DNA of 64,000 nt from Octopus sinensis. Taxonomy: Eukaryota. The DNA lies in NCBI RefSeq assembly GCF_006345805.1, contig NC_042998.1, positions 67,704,001 through 67,768,000 of the forward strand, read 5' to 3'. The position numbers and the translations under genes are program-made. Positions 13,598-26,694 of this stretch are shown in pieces. The notes under the pieces are model-generated. The model was not told the DNA's origin, made no database searches, and saw only the letters and a program-made list of their open reading frames with translations. Positions within the stretch are counted from its first letter, which is position 1. Every line of letters begins with the position of its first letter.

Positions 13598-13801
13598 TGT
13601 ATGTGAAGTTTTTCAATGTTTACATTTGGCACGGAAAAAATAAGTAAATAGTTACCTGTGTAGCAAACATTCACAAAAGTACCGAGTATGTAACAACCTA
13701 CTTATAAAGGTAGATTTTTCCATGTTTTGGTGAAATGATTTTGTGTAACATAGATAAATAAATAAATGGAGTTAAACGCAGGTGTTATTCTAATCTTTAT
13801 A

Positions 13802-13887
13802 CTTCTGACATATTTCGAAGTAAACATTGGTATTATTCCAGAAGCAATAACATGATGTAAAACAATGCAACCTTCTCATCAGGGAAA
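13802..13887 (-). ncRNA. Type I hammerhead motif, slightly decayed
   Basis: Minus: TTTCC CTGATGA GAAG (long insert) CTTC GAA ATATGT C AGAAG; core intact, stem III one change from palindrome ACATGT, first stem I pair mismatched. Confidence 0.6.
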
Positions 13888-14038
13888 GAAAGAGAAACAA
13901 AACACATCAATAAAACACTTTAACCGAATATGATCACTGCATATATGATGAAGGGAACGCTGGTACGTTATTTTTATTTACAAAAAACCTTAATACGTAT
14001 AACGTCAAAGGCAATTTATAGAAAGAGAAGGAGGCGGA

Positions 14039-14262
14039 GTGTAACAAATCTGACGGAGATCCCTCAGCATACCCGCAGCTCTTGGGCTGAAAATAATCGA
14101 AGAATATAAAAAAAACATCTATGTGTATCTATAACGCACACACACACAAACACACACACACACACACACGTGTACAAAAATACACAAACACTAGTATAAG
14201 ACATTAGTAACATGCATCAGTGTCAACAAGGACTCTTCAGTCGCAGGAGATTCAAAAGTACT
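14039..14262 (-). repeat. Right arm of inverted repeat (partner 5857-6090)
   Basis: See 5857-6090. Confidence 0.95.
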
Positions 14263-14600
14263 TGAAAGTGGAGAAATATAGTGCGATGGGTGAATAGGAA
14301 TAGAAGTTAATGGCCTGGAAATAGATATATTTCGAGGAAATGGAATGAAAGACGACAGTTAAAGGTGGAATTTTACAGATTGGTAGAAATCACTTATATA
14401 AACTAGAAGTATGTTTTTTGCCAATGTGTGCAACGATAAACGGGTTCTTTAAACGTGTTAACAAGAGGATTCACTGAGAAGAGGATGAAATATAGTTCAT
14501 TGTTACAGAGCGTGCAAAAAGATTTACCTTTATAATATGGAAATTATCTAGATAGAATATTGTTGCAGTCTGTTACAGAGATGAAATATCTGAAGTTCGA

Positions 14601-15212
14601 TTGGATAATTGGATAATCATATTTGGTCTTTAAGAGATAAAGGTGTCGATTATAACATACAATGGAAGATTTTGGCCAGATGTAAGCCCTACACTAACGG
14701 CAGCGGAAGGTGCGGTTTATGCGACATGGAGAGATGGCTTATCTGGAAAAGCAGCTTAGACCCTACCACATGTCTAAATACAAGGACAGAGCTTTTCGGA
14801 TCATGCCCACATGTGACTAAATTTCTGTTACGTTTTTGGTCCCCTAAAGAAAACGGATAGAACATGCTTTCTGTGTTATGTCCCAAGAAGATTTTATATA
14901 TTTTTATATATTTTTATATATTTTTATGTATTTTTATATAATTTTTATGACGAAAAATGCGAGCGATGTATAAGTACGCAGGCAAAGCAGAGTTATAACA
15001 GAGTAATTTCCCTTCATTTTTAACGGTATTTTTCATAACGTTTTCAAATAGCCAGATAACCGAAGAGATGGTGTTGTGGATTTCCACTTCGGCATCTGAA
15101 ACTCAGAGTTTTATCTTGACTACCGAGTAATGTAACATATTGTATAGATAAATTTCCTCTATTTACATAATATTGAGGTCTCTTTCTTTCTTTTGTTATC
15201 TTACCGTTTTAT

Positions 15213-15215
<3 letters not shown>
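14601..15215 (+). mobile_element. Penelope-like retroelement 3' end (GIY-YIG C-terminus plus 3' UTR/pLTR)
   Basis: NHIWSLRDKGVDYNIQWKILARCKPYTNGSGRCGLCDMERWLI...LNTRTELFGSCPHVTKFLL matches the PLE endonuclease C-terminal pattern HIW.LK...I.WKI....Y....C.LC..EK..I..LN.R.EL...C.H..KFLL; ends in (TA)n. Confidence 0.9.
15054..15116 (+). ncRNA. Variant type I hammerhead motif in PLE 3' UTR
   Basis: AGATAA CCGAAGA GATG..GTGG attt CCAC..CATC T GAA ACTCAGAGT T TTATCT: 6-bp stem I, U4C-type core, extra U before GAAA. Confidence 0.6.
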
Positions 15216-15270
<55 letters not shown>

Positions 15271-15613
15271 GTATACGTAAATATAAAAATACGCACAGAC
15301 TTATTTACACAAGAACCGACATTCGCACATAGAAGCACACGTACACATACATATGTGTATATATACATATATATATATGTATATATATTTCCATGAATAC
15401 ACACCTCTGTATACACAAACACGCATCCATATACATGCATTTGCATGTATCTCCATACCCATGTAACATACGCATATAACTATATACAAGCACTCTTATG
15501 ATTCGTAAGTAGTGCATGTAACTGTACACACTATCTTATATGTATATATGATATATGTATGTATCTATGTTTGTGATTATATATCTATAGCTATAGCTCT
15601 CTCTCTCTTTCAC

Positions 15614-15668
<55 letters not shown>

Positions 15669-15713
15669 TTATATATCTATACATATCATTCTATCTCTCT
15701 CTCCCCATATATA

Positions 15714-15744
<31 letters not shown>

Positions 15745-16552
15745 ATGCATGTATGTAGATATATTGTCTGTATGTTGGGGTGTATGCAATGTATATGTGT
15801 ATATTTGCACATACACACCCCGATGCACAAACATCTCCAACACTTTACGATGTCTACAACGATGTGCAGCTGGTCACTCACCACTGTACACCTCTTATAC
15901 AGTCTACGTTTCATGAATGCGTTTCTGTTTTATAATCATTTCGTTTACTGAATGAACAAGTAATACTTTTTTTTTTTTTTTTTTACTCTAATAGGAGACA
16001 TTTGTAGTTTTTATGGCAGACGTCTGCTTTCACTCGATTTTCTCAACCAGGATATCAAAAGAAGCTCTGAAGACTTAGTAATTCCTGTAAATTAAATCTT
16101 TAAAGAAAGTTACTTGAATAGATCTCACCACATTCAATGGTGAAAATATAGGTCAGGTAAACTTGATTGCTGATGATGTATTCCCAAGATGGGAAATGTC
16201 GAGAAGTAAATTACTAAATATAATTGATCAAAGGTAATCAGAAAAATCTATTGCAAAGGAAATACGGAGTGCTTTTAGAAAACTAAACAAGAGAACCAAA
16301 AGTAGTGAAAAAAAATTTTTTCCTATAATTATTTACTTATTAATAAATTTTCTACTTCTGCAACTCAGCAAAACTAGATTTTTGCAGTAAGAACAAGAAT
16401 CGTATATATATTTTTATATTCGTTTCACTAAATCTTTCACCATATTCGTCTGTATATATTTGTGGATGGTTTATTAATGTAGACACGCATAACAACGATT
16501 ATTACATTTACAAACATACATTCATACGCATATACATGCGCGAGCGCACACA

Positions 16553-16668
16553 CAGACACATATACATCTATTTATATATGCATGTACGTATAAATAAATG
16601 CACGCATATACAGACACATATACATCTATTTATATATGCATGTACGTATAAATAAATGCACGCATATA
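16553..16668. repeat. Perfect 2x58-bp tandem duplication
   Basis: CAGACACATATACATCTATTTATATATGCATGTACGTATAAATAAATGCACGCATATA occurs twice. Confidence 0.95.
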
Positions 16669-16740
16669 CATACAAATCTATATATACATATAATATATAC
16701 ATACACACACACATAAATATATACATATATGTATGCACAC

Positions 16741-16779
<39 letters not shown>

Positions 16780-17588
16780 ATGTATAAGATGCTACCTGTA
16801 TTATAAACAATGAAAATAATGAGTATGCTTTCATCATAATAAAATATATTCTTCTTACATTCTCTTACAATTTCAAGAATCTAAACAATACATAGTTAAT
16901 GATAAATCTCGTGTGAATCCATATTTTGCCAGTGTATTTTTATTTTTAGTTGCTTCCGCGTGAATATATATTCGCAGAAAGGGTGAAAAGGAAAGGAAAT
17001 ATGCACTTTGAAGCATATTAATAAACTTGTGAGATGTTGAATATTGTTCTGTTCCATATAATATCTTATACATCTATTTAATGGTGAGTTAGGGATTAAG
17101 GCGTTCCATAGGACATATATGGCAATCAATCGTTTTGTCACCCGCGACTTGTCATTCGTTGGTTAGTTTCAATGAAAAGTTTTTATCCATTTACTTTTGA
17201 CGTGTCTGCCGAAGTGGAAAAGGAAGCTAATGTGCGAGCGAGAGCATATTCTGTTTGACCTGTAATATTATACTCCTTTATTTCCCACTTCAAACATGAT
17301 TTTATGAATTTCATAAAATGCGTTGTATGGTTCAACAGATCTTGTTTAATTTAGCTCAAAATTAATAGAAGTCAGTATCATTTATATTTCTTTCTTTTGC
17401 AGTTTCTTTAATCAATATTAAGTATTAATTTGCATTTCTTGCTTTGCAATATTTTAGATTTTTGGTGACTGAAAAAAAAAATTAATGACAGAAGTTTAAA
17501 GTTTGATCATTTTTAACCACTCACAAAATAAGATTTTGTGCGTGACAGCACGTGTTTGTCAACTGTAGGCAATGGACTGTTAAAACTA

Positions 17589-17832
17589 CAGTAATCCCTC
17601 GACTATCACGGGAGTTACGTTCCAATCCGCCTCCTCCCCGCGATATATGAAAATCCGCGATGTACAAACAGTACTGCACTGTGCATTCTTTTTTTATAAT
17701 TTTTATAATTTGAATATGTTTATTTTATTATAAATGCAAAACAACATCACGGAGGAATCGATGTAAGCTTGGATAATAAACATCGATAGGTGAACCGCGG
17801 TAAGTGAACTGCGATATGGCAAGTAATTATTG
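17589..17832. mobile_element. Tc1/mariner (pogo/Tigger-like) MITE, old
   Basis: TA|CAGTAATCCCTCGACTATC... and ...GCGATATGGCAAGTAATTATTG|TA: TA target duplication with imperfect CAGTAAT-type TIRs. Confidence 0.7.
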
Positions 17833-18469
17833 TAATACGGCTTTTCAACGATGATCACGTTTTCTTCTTCGAAATTTACGGATTTTACATACAAAAATGA
17901 AGCAGGTAATAACGAACCCTAGCCGCATACGCATACATGCACAAAAACACTCGCGCGCACGCGCGCGCGCACACACACAAGCACACACACACACATACAC
18001 ACACACACACACACGTAGACGCATTATCCCCTCTTCCACATCGACAGACACGTCAAAAGTAAATAACTATAAACTTTTCATGGAAACTAACTCCTTTTCT
18101 TTCTCTATCATCTTAGAAATTAGTTAGCTTTAATTCATTAACTTTTCTAATCCGTTAATTAAAAATTTTTTAATTTAACTTTTAACTATCAAGGTTTAAA
18201 TTTTAATTCTTTAATTTGTATCCTTTATCCATTCACTTGTACTTTTACCCTATATATATCCCCTTAAGCTAGGCATCTAGTTTTAGCTATCCCTATCACC
18301 TAACCTAGATTTAATACACATAAACAACTTCCACCTCCTGTCAACTCGAACCGACGCTTACGAAGAATAATACTGACATCTTATCTCTACCTTTATACTT
18401 TTTAGTTTTATTTCTATTTTTTAATGTTTATTTTCATTGGTTTTGATTTTGACTCTTGGTTTAACTTTA

Positions 18470-18910
18470 CTTTCGCTCTCAGTCCCAGGCCATCTTTAAC
18501 CATGTGGTGAAGTCTTTTAGTCATATGTGGGGCACCATGGCCCACTCTGGCAAAGAGTTATTACTGTTAGAGACGTATCTGGGTATAAGAGGGTGGTCAG
18601 AGATTTTTTAAAGAAATTTGTCCAATGAACTTTCGAATTTTATGGGATCTGTTTCGGTTTTGACGTAATTTGGTATGGTATTAAAGAGAGCTGGACCGGT
18701 TGAGATAAAGTAATTGTGACGTAATGTTGCTATGTGTCCTGAGTTCGATTTTTGTAGTGGGCGAATAGCACGGGGACCAAGTCTTGGATGGATTTTAAAA
18801 TTGATGCCAACATCATTTGTGCAATATAGATGGAATATTTTACACATCACACAAATTATGTAACGCTCCCGGCGGCGTTGGAGAGAGCAGAGATTGACTT
18901 TTTTGGGGCC
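18470..18910 (-). mobile_element. CR1-like LINE 3' remnant
   Basis: NLCSLQRRRERYII...HPRLGPRAIRP...ATLRHNYFISTGPALFNTIP...FESSLDKFL is a typical CR1 post-RT region. Confidence 0.85.
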
Positions 18911-19765
18911 GACCCCAATAGCCAATACTACTTTCTTTCTTTCTCCTCTGTCTTCTGTCCACTCACTCACAGAATACGCAGACAATTTACATACTAGCTA
19001 ACTACTTCAACATGTACGCATCATTCAAAATACTGCCGAAATACTGCTTGGATTTACCTGGGATTATACCATTGACTGAGCTATCCCCTTAGAACAATTT
19101 CTAGCTTTGTCTCAACATATGAAACAAATAATTTAGTCAGGAGTCTACTTCCGAAATGTGAGTTATTTTCGGGATAGTGGAAGACACACCGCACACATGT
19201 AATCACAATAATATATTTTCTAAATTCGTTGCATTAACAGCATGACAAAAAACCAGCTATCACATGTCTAGAGACTTAGTTTCCATGCTATGTACTCTGG
19301 ATACTCTAACATCACATATATTACGTAGTTACCATTATAACCTGATTCAATTTTTTTCAAATATCTTGGCTTTTCTTTAAGTAAATCTCAATCAGGATAC
19401 GATACGACCTGAATATCGTAGTTTCTTAACTAGGTGTCTTAATTAATCGAATTCAGAATCGAGTTATCATCATGGTGACTCTTCTTTCTATTTAGTTGAA
19501 GTATTTGGTTTATCGTCAAAACGCACTTTTTATAAGTATCTCCACGATCATTGATCTGATGAGCTTTCTATAACACTCTGTGAAAACCTTAAAGCGCGTC
19601 ATCCGCTTCTCTTCCTAAGTACATCGTTTCTTTGTTGAGCTTCATCTTAGATAAAGGTCTTTTTATTCTAATAGCGTCTTTTCTTGAACTGCTGCTCTCT
19701 AGAACGCCTCTGTCATCGTCATTCCTCAAGTCCCTGATATTCAGTCTTTTGAGCTTTCTTCATTC

Positions 19766-19986
19766 TTTATTCCCTACAAGGAGCTAAACACAGAGGGGAC
19801 AAACAAGGACAGACAAACGGATTAAGTTGATTACATCGACCCCAGTGCGTAACTGGTACTTAATTTATCGACCCCGAAAGGATGAAAGGCAAAGTCAACC
19901 TCGACGGAATTTGAACTCAGAACGTAGAAGACGAAATATCGCTAAGCATTTCGCCCGGCATGCTAACGTTTCTGCCACCTCGCCGC
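19766..19986 (-). mobile_element. SINE family B (tRNA head plus Nin/Deu-like core)
   Basis: Core GCCTTTCATCCTTTCGGGGTCGATAAATTAAGTACC (reverse), B box GAGTTCAAATTCC; the Nin/Deu assignment is from recalled similarity. Confidence 0.9.
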
Positions 19987-20619
19987 AGTCTTTTGAACTC
20001 TCTGTCATTCAATGTTTTTTTATCTCCTTTATAGTTTCTTACGCTACATTGGTCTCAAGACTTCAATAGAACAAAATCGTTAAAACATGAAAATATATTC
20101 TAACTAACAGAAATCCTAAAATCTACAAAGATTCCACTCTGAGAACGTTTACAGATTTTGGTCAATACTTTTCCAAAATAGTTCCATCTATCTGGACATT
20201 CAGCTCACATCTAATTGAATGAAAGATCAATTTAAACTTTCTGCTCGCTTCCATTCCCATTTTATAATAGGGGAATGTTGTAGCTGAGGTTCTTGAAGAT
20301 GACATATTTCTATATTAAGGGCTTTGGGGAATACATTGGATTGACAGTTGACTACTATAAGCAAACGCAGCTAAAAAGTAACACTTACCCTCTAAATAAA
20401 CTTTGCAAAAGAAATGTTTTAATAATAATTCAAATAAATAGAAATGTTATATAAATGAATTGTCCACACACAACCAACAATATTAGTAGAGTTAAGATTA
20501 TATCCGTATATATATATATATTATATATATATATATATATACACGCACATATATATGTGCATGTGTATATTAGCATGTACGTGCGTTTGTATTTATATAT
20601 CTATCTACCTTTCCTTCTG

Positions 20620-20673
<54 letters not shown>

Positions 20674-23340
20674 TATGGGTATGTATGTATTTATAATATT
20701 AAATTGATTAAACGTAGAACAATACACCGAAACATTGTTCGTTCAGACATATATATACATCTTCCAGATCAAAGAACCAACATATATTCGCTTCCAATGT
20801 AATTACAACTTGTGTTGAAATGCTCCGTCGGCTACAAGAGACATTTAAAACAAGATGTTTCCTTGTATTTTCTTCCTTAATCAAATGATTATGTTTGTGT
20901 AACGGTCTTAGAACAAATATATACTTGAATGATCATTGCTTTAAAATGAAGATTATATACTTACGAAAGAATGGGATATTAACAGAGATAGAGCCAGTCA
21001 TTCATTCATTCTCGCGTGAAGTGATTCGATCTCGCACTCACAAAACACTGTTTAGTTTGGTATTCGATTAAGACGATCATAATCGCAGCTTTTAGATACG
21101 AAATCTTCTACTTATCTATAAAATCTATTTACTCTCATTGACTGATTTTACACACATTAGATATACATTATTGCGTTGCATCTTTGCCCATTGTAAACGT
21201 CCACGAAGAATTCAGTTAAACAACTCGGAACGCGTATTTGCGTATGCATAATGCACAATGCATAATGAAGAATGGAAATGAAAATGCACTAACTTTTCAG
21301 GAGTCGATAACCTTGCTATAAATAGGTGCCATGGACAGAGTTAGCTCACAGTTGACAGCACTAGAGGTTATATCTAATCTAATCTATGTATTCATTTTTT
21401 GTGTAGATAGCTCAGATGTCTGTTCTTATTTAATTATTTATATACCGAACGCATGGAGATAAAATCTTTACTGACGTACAAAATATTTAGCCGAAAGGAT
21501 TATTTAATTATTTTTAGGACATCGGACAATTTGGTATATATATAAAATAACTTTGTAACAATAAATATTAGAAGAATTATAGAAGAATTCGGTGAAGTGA
21601 TTTTGTGAGAATCACACAATTTGAACACCTGTCTCGCTTCTGTATGTTATTTCGGAAACAAATAACTCAACATCGCTGTTTGCATTTTAATAATTTGTCA
21701 ATTGGACTCCTTTTAAAGTGTAATTTATCGATAGCTCTGATTATTGAGAATCATGAAGGTATCTGAATACAGTTCTGCGTCGGCATTTCAATTATGATGC
21801 AAGTATATTTGCTTGGTAGTCTCAATATTACTTGTCTGTCTCAATAAACCAACGTGTTTTGTACTGATTAGATATTACATTATAGCAAACACTTATTTGG
21901 GGAAACGATTAAATAACAGCAGAGTTTGACATCCGAAAAACCATGATTATTTATATTTCGTTAGATTCTTGTCAATCAAGCCTACTAACCTTTTCTACCA
22001 TAGCTACTAATACCAGCGGTTAAATAGTTATTTTATTTAAAAATACTTAGAAAGTTATAACATTATTATTTCTTCATGACATCAATCTCAAAGATTCTTC
22101 CTTCTCTGATAATGAGTCTCAATATACAGCAATTATTTCACAGTTTTCACATAATGTCCTCTTCTACTCTGGACACGGGGGAAAATGGTGAAACTTGCCA
22201 AAATTATTTTCCAGTTATTAACAAATATTATGCAATGAAAGTACACTTAAATAATCTTAACTATTAGCATTAAACTTAATTCTTGTCAATAGCGTAAACG
22301 GTTAAGTGGTTTGTACAGGTACACACCTGCCCCCAGAGATAGACGCACCAGTCTATTTTCATGTTTTGGCAACGATGGATATTTCCTCGTAGTTGAATTC
22401 CAATTACAGCTTCCACATTCATGTTCACTTTAAAATACTGAATATGTGCCTACCTGTCACAGTTCAATAAATCTCTCCTTTCAACCGTGTAGGCGCTCTG
22501 GCACAAGATCAACATTATAAATACATTCAGTGAAAATTGGATATTTAATCATTTATTTTGACAATAAATACTAACCGTTTCAAACCGATTCTGTTAAATA
22601 AGTGTTGTAAAATCTTTACCAATTTAATCAGAGCCAAACTCATTGAATATCTCCGTTACATCCTACAATCATACATTTTGTTCTTGAAAAGTTATTGTAA
22701 AGACAATATTGTCCTTACCACAATCAAATAAACTAAGAACTACAGTTGTTATTGTCGTTATTGCTGCAGGTAGAGAAAGAATAGCATTGGCCATAACAAT
22801 TTTTCCCGTTTCTTCTTTGCTAGTAGAAAGCCGGGCTTAAGATATCTTCGTACCGGAGACCTAGCTCGAATGCTTGCAAATCACGCAAGAGTCAGGTGCT
22901 ATTCTTAAAGCAAGTTACGAATAAAGCCACCCGATTTCAGAAAACCACCTGGTTTTTGCGTGATTCAAGATTATGCAACAATACATGTTGCACAATCTAA
23001 CACGCGTAATAATGCATACGTTATATCATAATAAACTATTGAATACGTCCGTAGAGGTTTTAGCCAATACTGTAAGTTCTAGCGAAGGCAAACTTTGCTC
23101 ATGCATATTTCAACTAAATTGCTAGTTCTGTCAACAGCTGCACACTTTCTTTAATTATCCATTTCTTATAACCATCTAATAACAGAGGTTAAAGTAAAGT
23201 GGAGTGAAAAAGTTGCGTAATTTACAGAGTATTGGCATCATCTAGATTGAACATTAACTGGTGTGCAGGCAGGGCTTCATTTCGTTTCTATAACAATGTG
23301 TACATACATGCATACCTTATATATTCTCTTTCTCTTTTTC

Positions 23341-23542
23341 TCTTTTACTTGTTTCAGTCATTTGACTGCGGCCATGCTGGAGCACCGCCTTTAATCGAGC
23401 AACTCGACCCCGGGACTTATTCTTTGTAAGCCCAGTACTTATTCTATCGGTCTCTTTTTTGCCGAACCGCTAAGTGACGGGGACGTAAACACACCAGTGT
23501 CGGTTGTCAAGCGATGCTAGGAGGACAAACACAGACACACAA

Positions 23543-23615
<73 letters not shown>

Positions 23616-23781
23616 TACGACAGGCTTCTTTCAGTTTCAGTCTACCAAATCCACTCACAAGGCATTGGTCGGCCCGGGGCTATAGCAGAAGACACTTGCC
23701 CAAGATGCCACGCAGTGAGACTGAACCCGGAACCATGTGGTTGGTTAGCAAGCTACTTACCACACAGCCACTCCTGCGCCT
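23341..23781 (-). mobile_element. SINE family A, full length
   Basis: Complete head (AGGCGCAGGAGTGGCTGTGTGGTAAG..GGGTTCAGTCTC), central block, internal (TA/TG)n and tail. Confidence 0.95.
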
Positions 23782-23978
23782 ATGTATATACATATATATA
23801 TAGATGTTGTATATATATATAATGGTATTTAGAGGATTAGAGTTTAAGCATTTTCTCACACTCTCTACGTCTTGAACATTTCGCTGACAGGAATTTGGTC
23901 TATCCTAGCTGACGTATGCGCCCGCATTTGTCTATCTGTGTCAGCTGAGGAATTTAAATAAATAATACACACACACTC

Positions 23979-24019
<41 letters not shown>

Positions 24020-24028
<9 letters not shown>

Positions 24029-24528
24029 AATATTAGGGAATAAATCCAAATTTACAGGGAAAAATCAGATTTAGGATTGAATCCAATTTTATAGTAAAAT
24101 ATTATATAATATTATATAATATTAATTCGAGACAAAACCACTACTTTACAAAACAAACAAGGAAAGACTTAATCAATACATAAAAAATTTTAATATAAAG
24201 AAATAAACCGCCACTACAATCGTTTCATGTCTTCAATGACATTCGTCAGGTGGATTTTCGATCTAAAATATCAATATATTAAACTATAAGTTTAAAATAA
24301 TAAAATTATCAATGAAAAATATAAATATATATAATCTATATATAATCTATATATAATCTATATATAATCAATATATAATCTAAAATAAACCCTATAAACA
24401 ATTGAATATAAAGAAACCTAGTATTAAAGTTCTCATATTTAAAGATGTACAAAAAACAAAAAACAAAAAAAAACAAAAAAGACAAAAACAAAAAACAAAA
24501 AACAAAAAACAAAAAACAATGTCTCGAA

Positions 24529-24540
<12 letters not shown>
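24020..24540 (-). mobile_element. AT-rich hammerhead-bearing non-coding element between (TA)n tracts
   Basis: Contains the HHR at 24211-24253 and a perfect 21-bp inverted repeat (24114-24134 / 24520-24540). Confidence 0.7.
24211..24253 (-). ncRNA. Type I hammerhead ribozyme motif (canonical core)
   Basis: Minus: CCAC CTGACGA ATGTC attgaa GACAT GAA ACGATTGT A GTGG; predicted GUA site, self-complementary stem III with G-U pairs. Confidence 0.85.
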
Positions 24541-24590
<50 letters not shown>

Positions 24591-25040
24591 GCAATTAAGA
24601 TTCAAGTGAGTTCCAATGAATTCACATGAATGCGGTATTTAACTTAGATGCACCAGAAATTTATATGGTATTAACCATAAAATAATGTGGGGTGATTATA
24701 AACAAGAAAAAAACAACATAGTAGTTTTGTGAAGTGAACAGAAATGTGATCAGCATCTTCTCATATATCAGGAAATTTTACCTACTTTATTATGGATAAA
24801 TTCATCGTCTCTGAGTATGAAATATCTCCTCATATCTCCGGAAATTACACCTACATTATTATGGATGGATTTACCCTTTCTGTGAAGCTAAGAAGCTTTT
24901 TTTAAACCTTTTATAAAACTGTACATCATTAGAGAACTTTGGAAGTCTGCTTACGATCTAAATTTGCTTTTTATAGAACTCTCTTCGATACTTCATGAGT
25001 GTAGCCTCACCCCCTAGGATGTTTGGAAAACTCATATGTG

Positions 25041-25131
25041 TTTTGGCTGATGAATACGGGACACTTGTATTTGCTGCAATATTTGTAGCTTTCAATAAAG
25101 CTGTTCTTCGTATGAAACAATTGTACTGAAA
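25041..25131 (+). ncRNA. Type I hammerhead ribozyme motif with extended stem II
   Basis: TTTTGG CTGATGA ATACG (50 nt) CGTAT GAA ACAATTGT A CTGAAA; perfect 8-nt palindromic stem III, GUA site. Confidence 0.8.
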
Positions 25132-25159
25132 AGCTAATCCATTCTTGTTGCGTTTTTCT

Positions 25160-25238
<79 letters not shown>

Positions 25239-25249
25239 GTATATATATG

Positions 25250-25285
<36 letters not shown>

Positions 25286-25471
25286 CGTATATATATATAT
25301 ATATATATATACGCACACATATACGTATGTATATGTATATATTTATATATATACATATGTATGTGTATATATACAAATATATATATATATATATATATAT
25401 TTGTATATATACACATACATATGTATATATATAATATATACATATACATACATATATGTGTGCGTGTCTAT

Positions 25472-25537
<66 letters not shown>

Positions 25538-25550
25538 CATATACATGTGT
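25160..25550. repeat. Long (TA)n compound microsatellite
   Basis: Direct reading. Confidence 0.95.
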
Positions 25551-26172
25551 GTGTGCCAGTATTGGACATTATTGCTGAAAGGGGTTTTATGTACTATTAT
25601 CGCGAATTGTAGTTTTTACTACTTTACAGAAATACTATCGCTGGTTTGTCAGTTTCACTCCCCTAAATTTACAATCGTATTTTGACACAGCCTATCTCAA
25701 ACGTGTCAAGCCATGACAATAAATGCTATTCCCATATCACTGAAATCGTTGTAGTGATGAAGTGCTCTTTCAGTCTCCTGACCTATTGACTGCTAATGCA
25801 CTCTTCTTGATAATAGTGCTGCTAGTAGTTTTACGTTTGTCAACGAAGTGATGATCACATTAAGAACCTCAACAATAATAATTACCGCTAGGAACATTGG
25901 AACATTACGTCAAATTTTACTATCTCGAATGATGTCTTGCGATGGCTTCTATACTTAAGCAACTCTTTTGCTATTACATTTCTTTTGAATTACACTGTGA
26001 AATGCACCCAATAAATTTTAAAATTATTAACGGCATTGTTGTGAAGCTGGTACAGAAGTATAAACCAATATGATGTTTTCATGAAAAATGCTCATTTACA
26101 CAATTTTAAGACAAGAAAATTACATCTTTCTTTCTCTCTTTCTCCCCTCTGTCTCTATCTCTCTCTCTCTTC

Positions 26173-26209
<37 letters not shown>

Positions 26210-26210
26210 A

Positions 26211-26254
<44 letters not shown>

Positions 26255-26694
26255 TATCAAAACGACTACACACGGAATGTATTAGATTGACACTCAGTAA
26301 ATATGGGAAAACAGGAAGGTGCATAAGGTTTCATGCATGACTCTTCGTCCGAAAGAGGAGAAAGGAAAGGTTATATAAACACACACACATAGATGTATAT
26401 GTATATGTGTATGTACACATAATTATATATTTAATTTCAGTAGTTTCATCTCGAGAGCTGCGGCTATGCTGGGGCACCGCCGTTCGCTTTGTCACACCTT
26501 CACTACATAAAACCCACTCTGATATGTGGCATTTGGTGAATGGAAGAGCCTAACGCTGCTGCCCTCATTATATACTTCGATATGCACAAATGACACTCAG
26601 CCGGTTACGACGACTACGGCTCCAGTTGATCCGATCAACTGCCTGTTGGAGAAATTAACGTACTGGTGGGTGAGTATTCTACAGAGACGCGCAT

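Noticed and set aside
15967-16090. Poly-T acceptor followed by a short open frame (DICSFYGRRLLSLDFLNQDIKRSSEDL)
   Set aside because: Weak donor, no recognisable homology, no neighbouring exons to support it.
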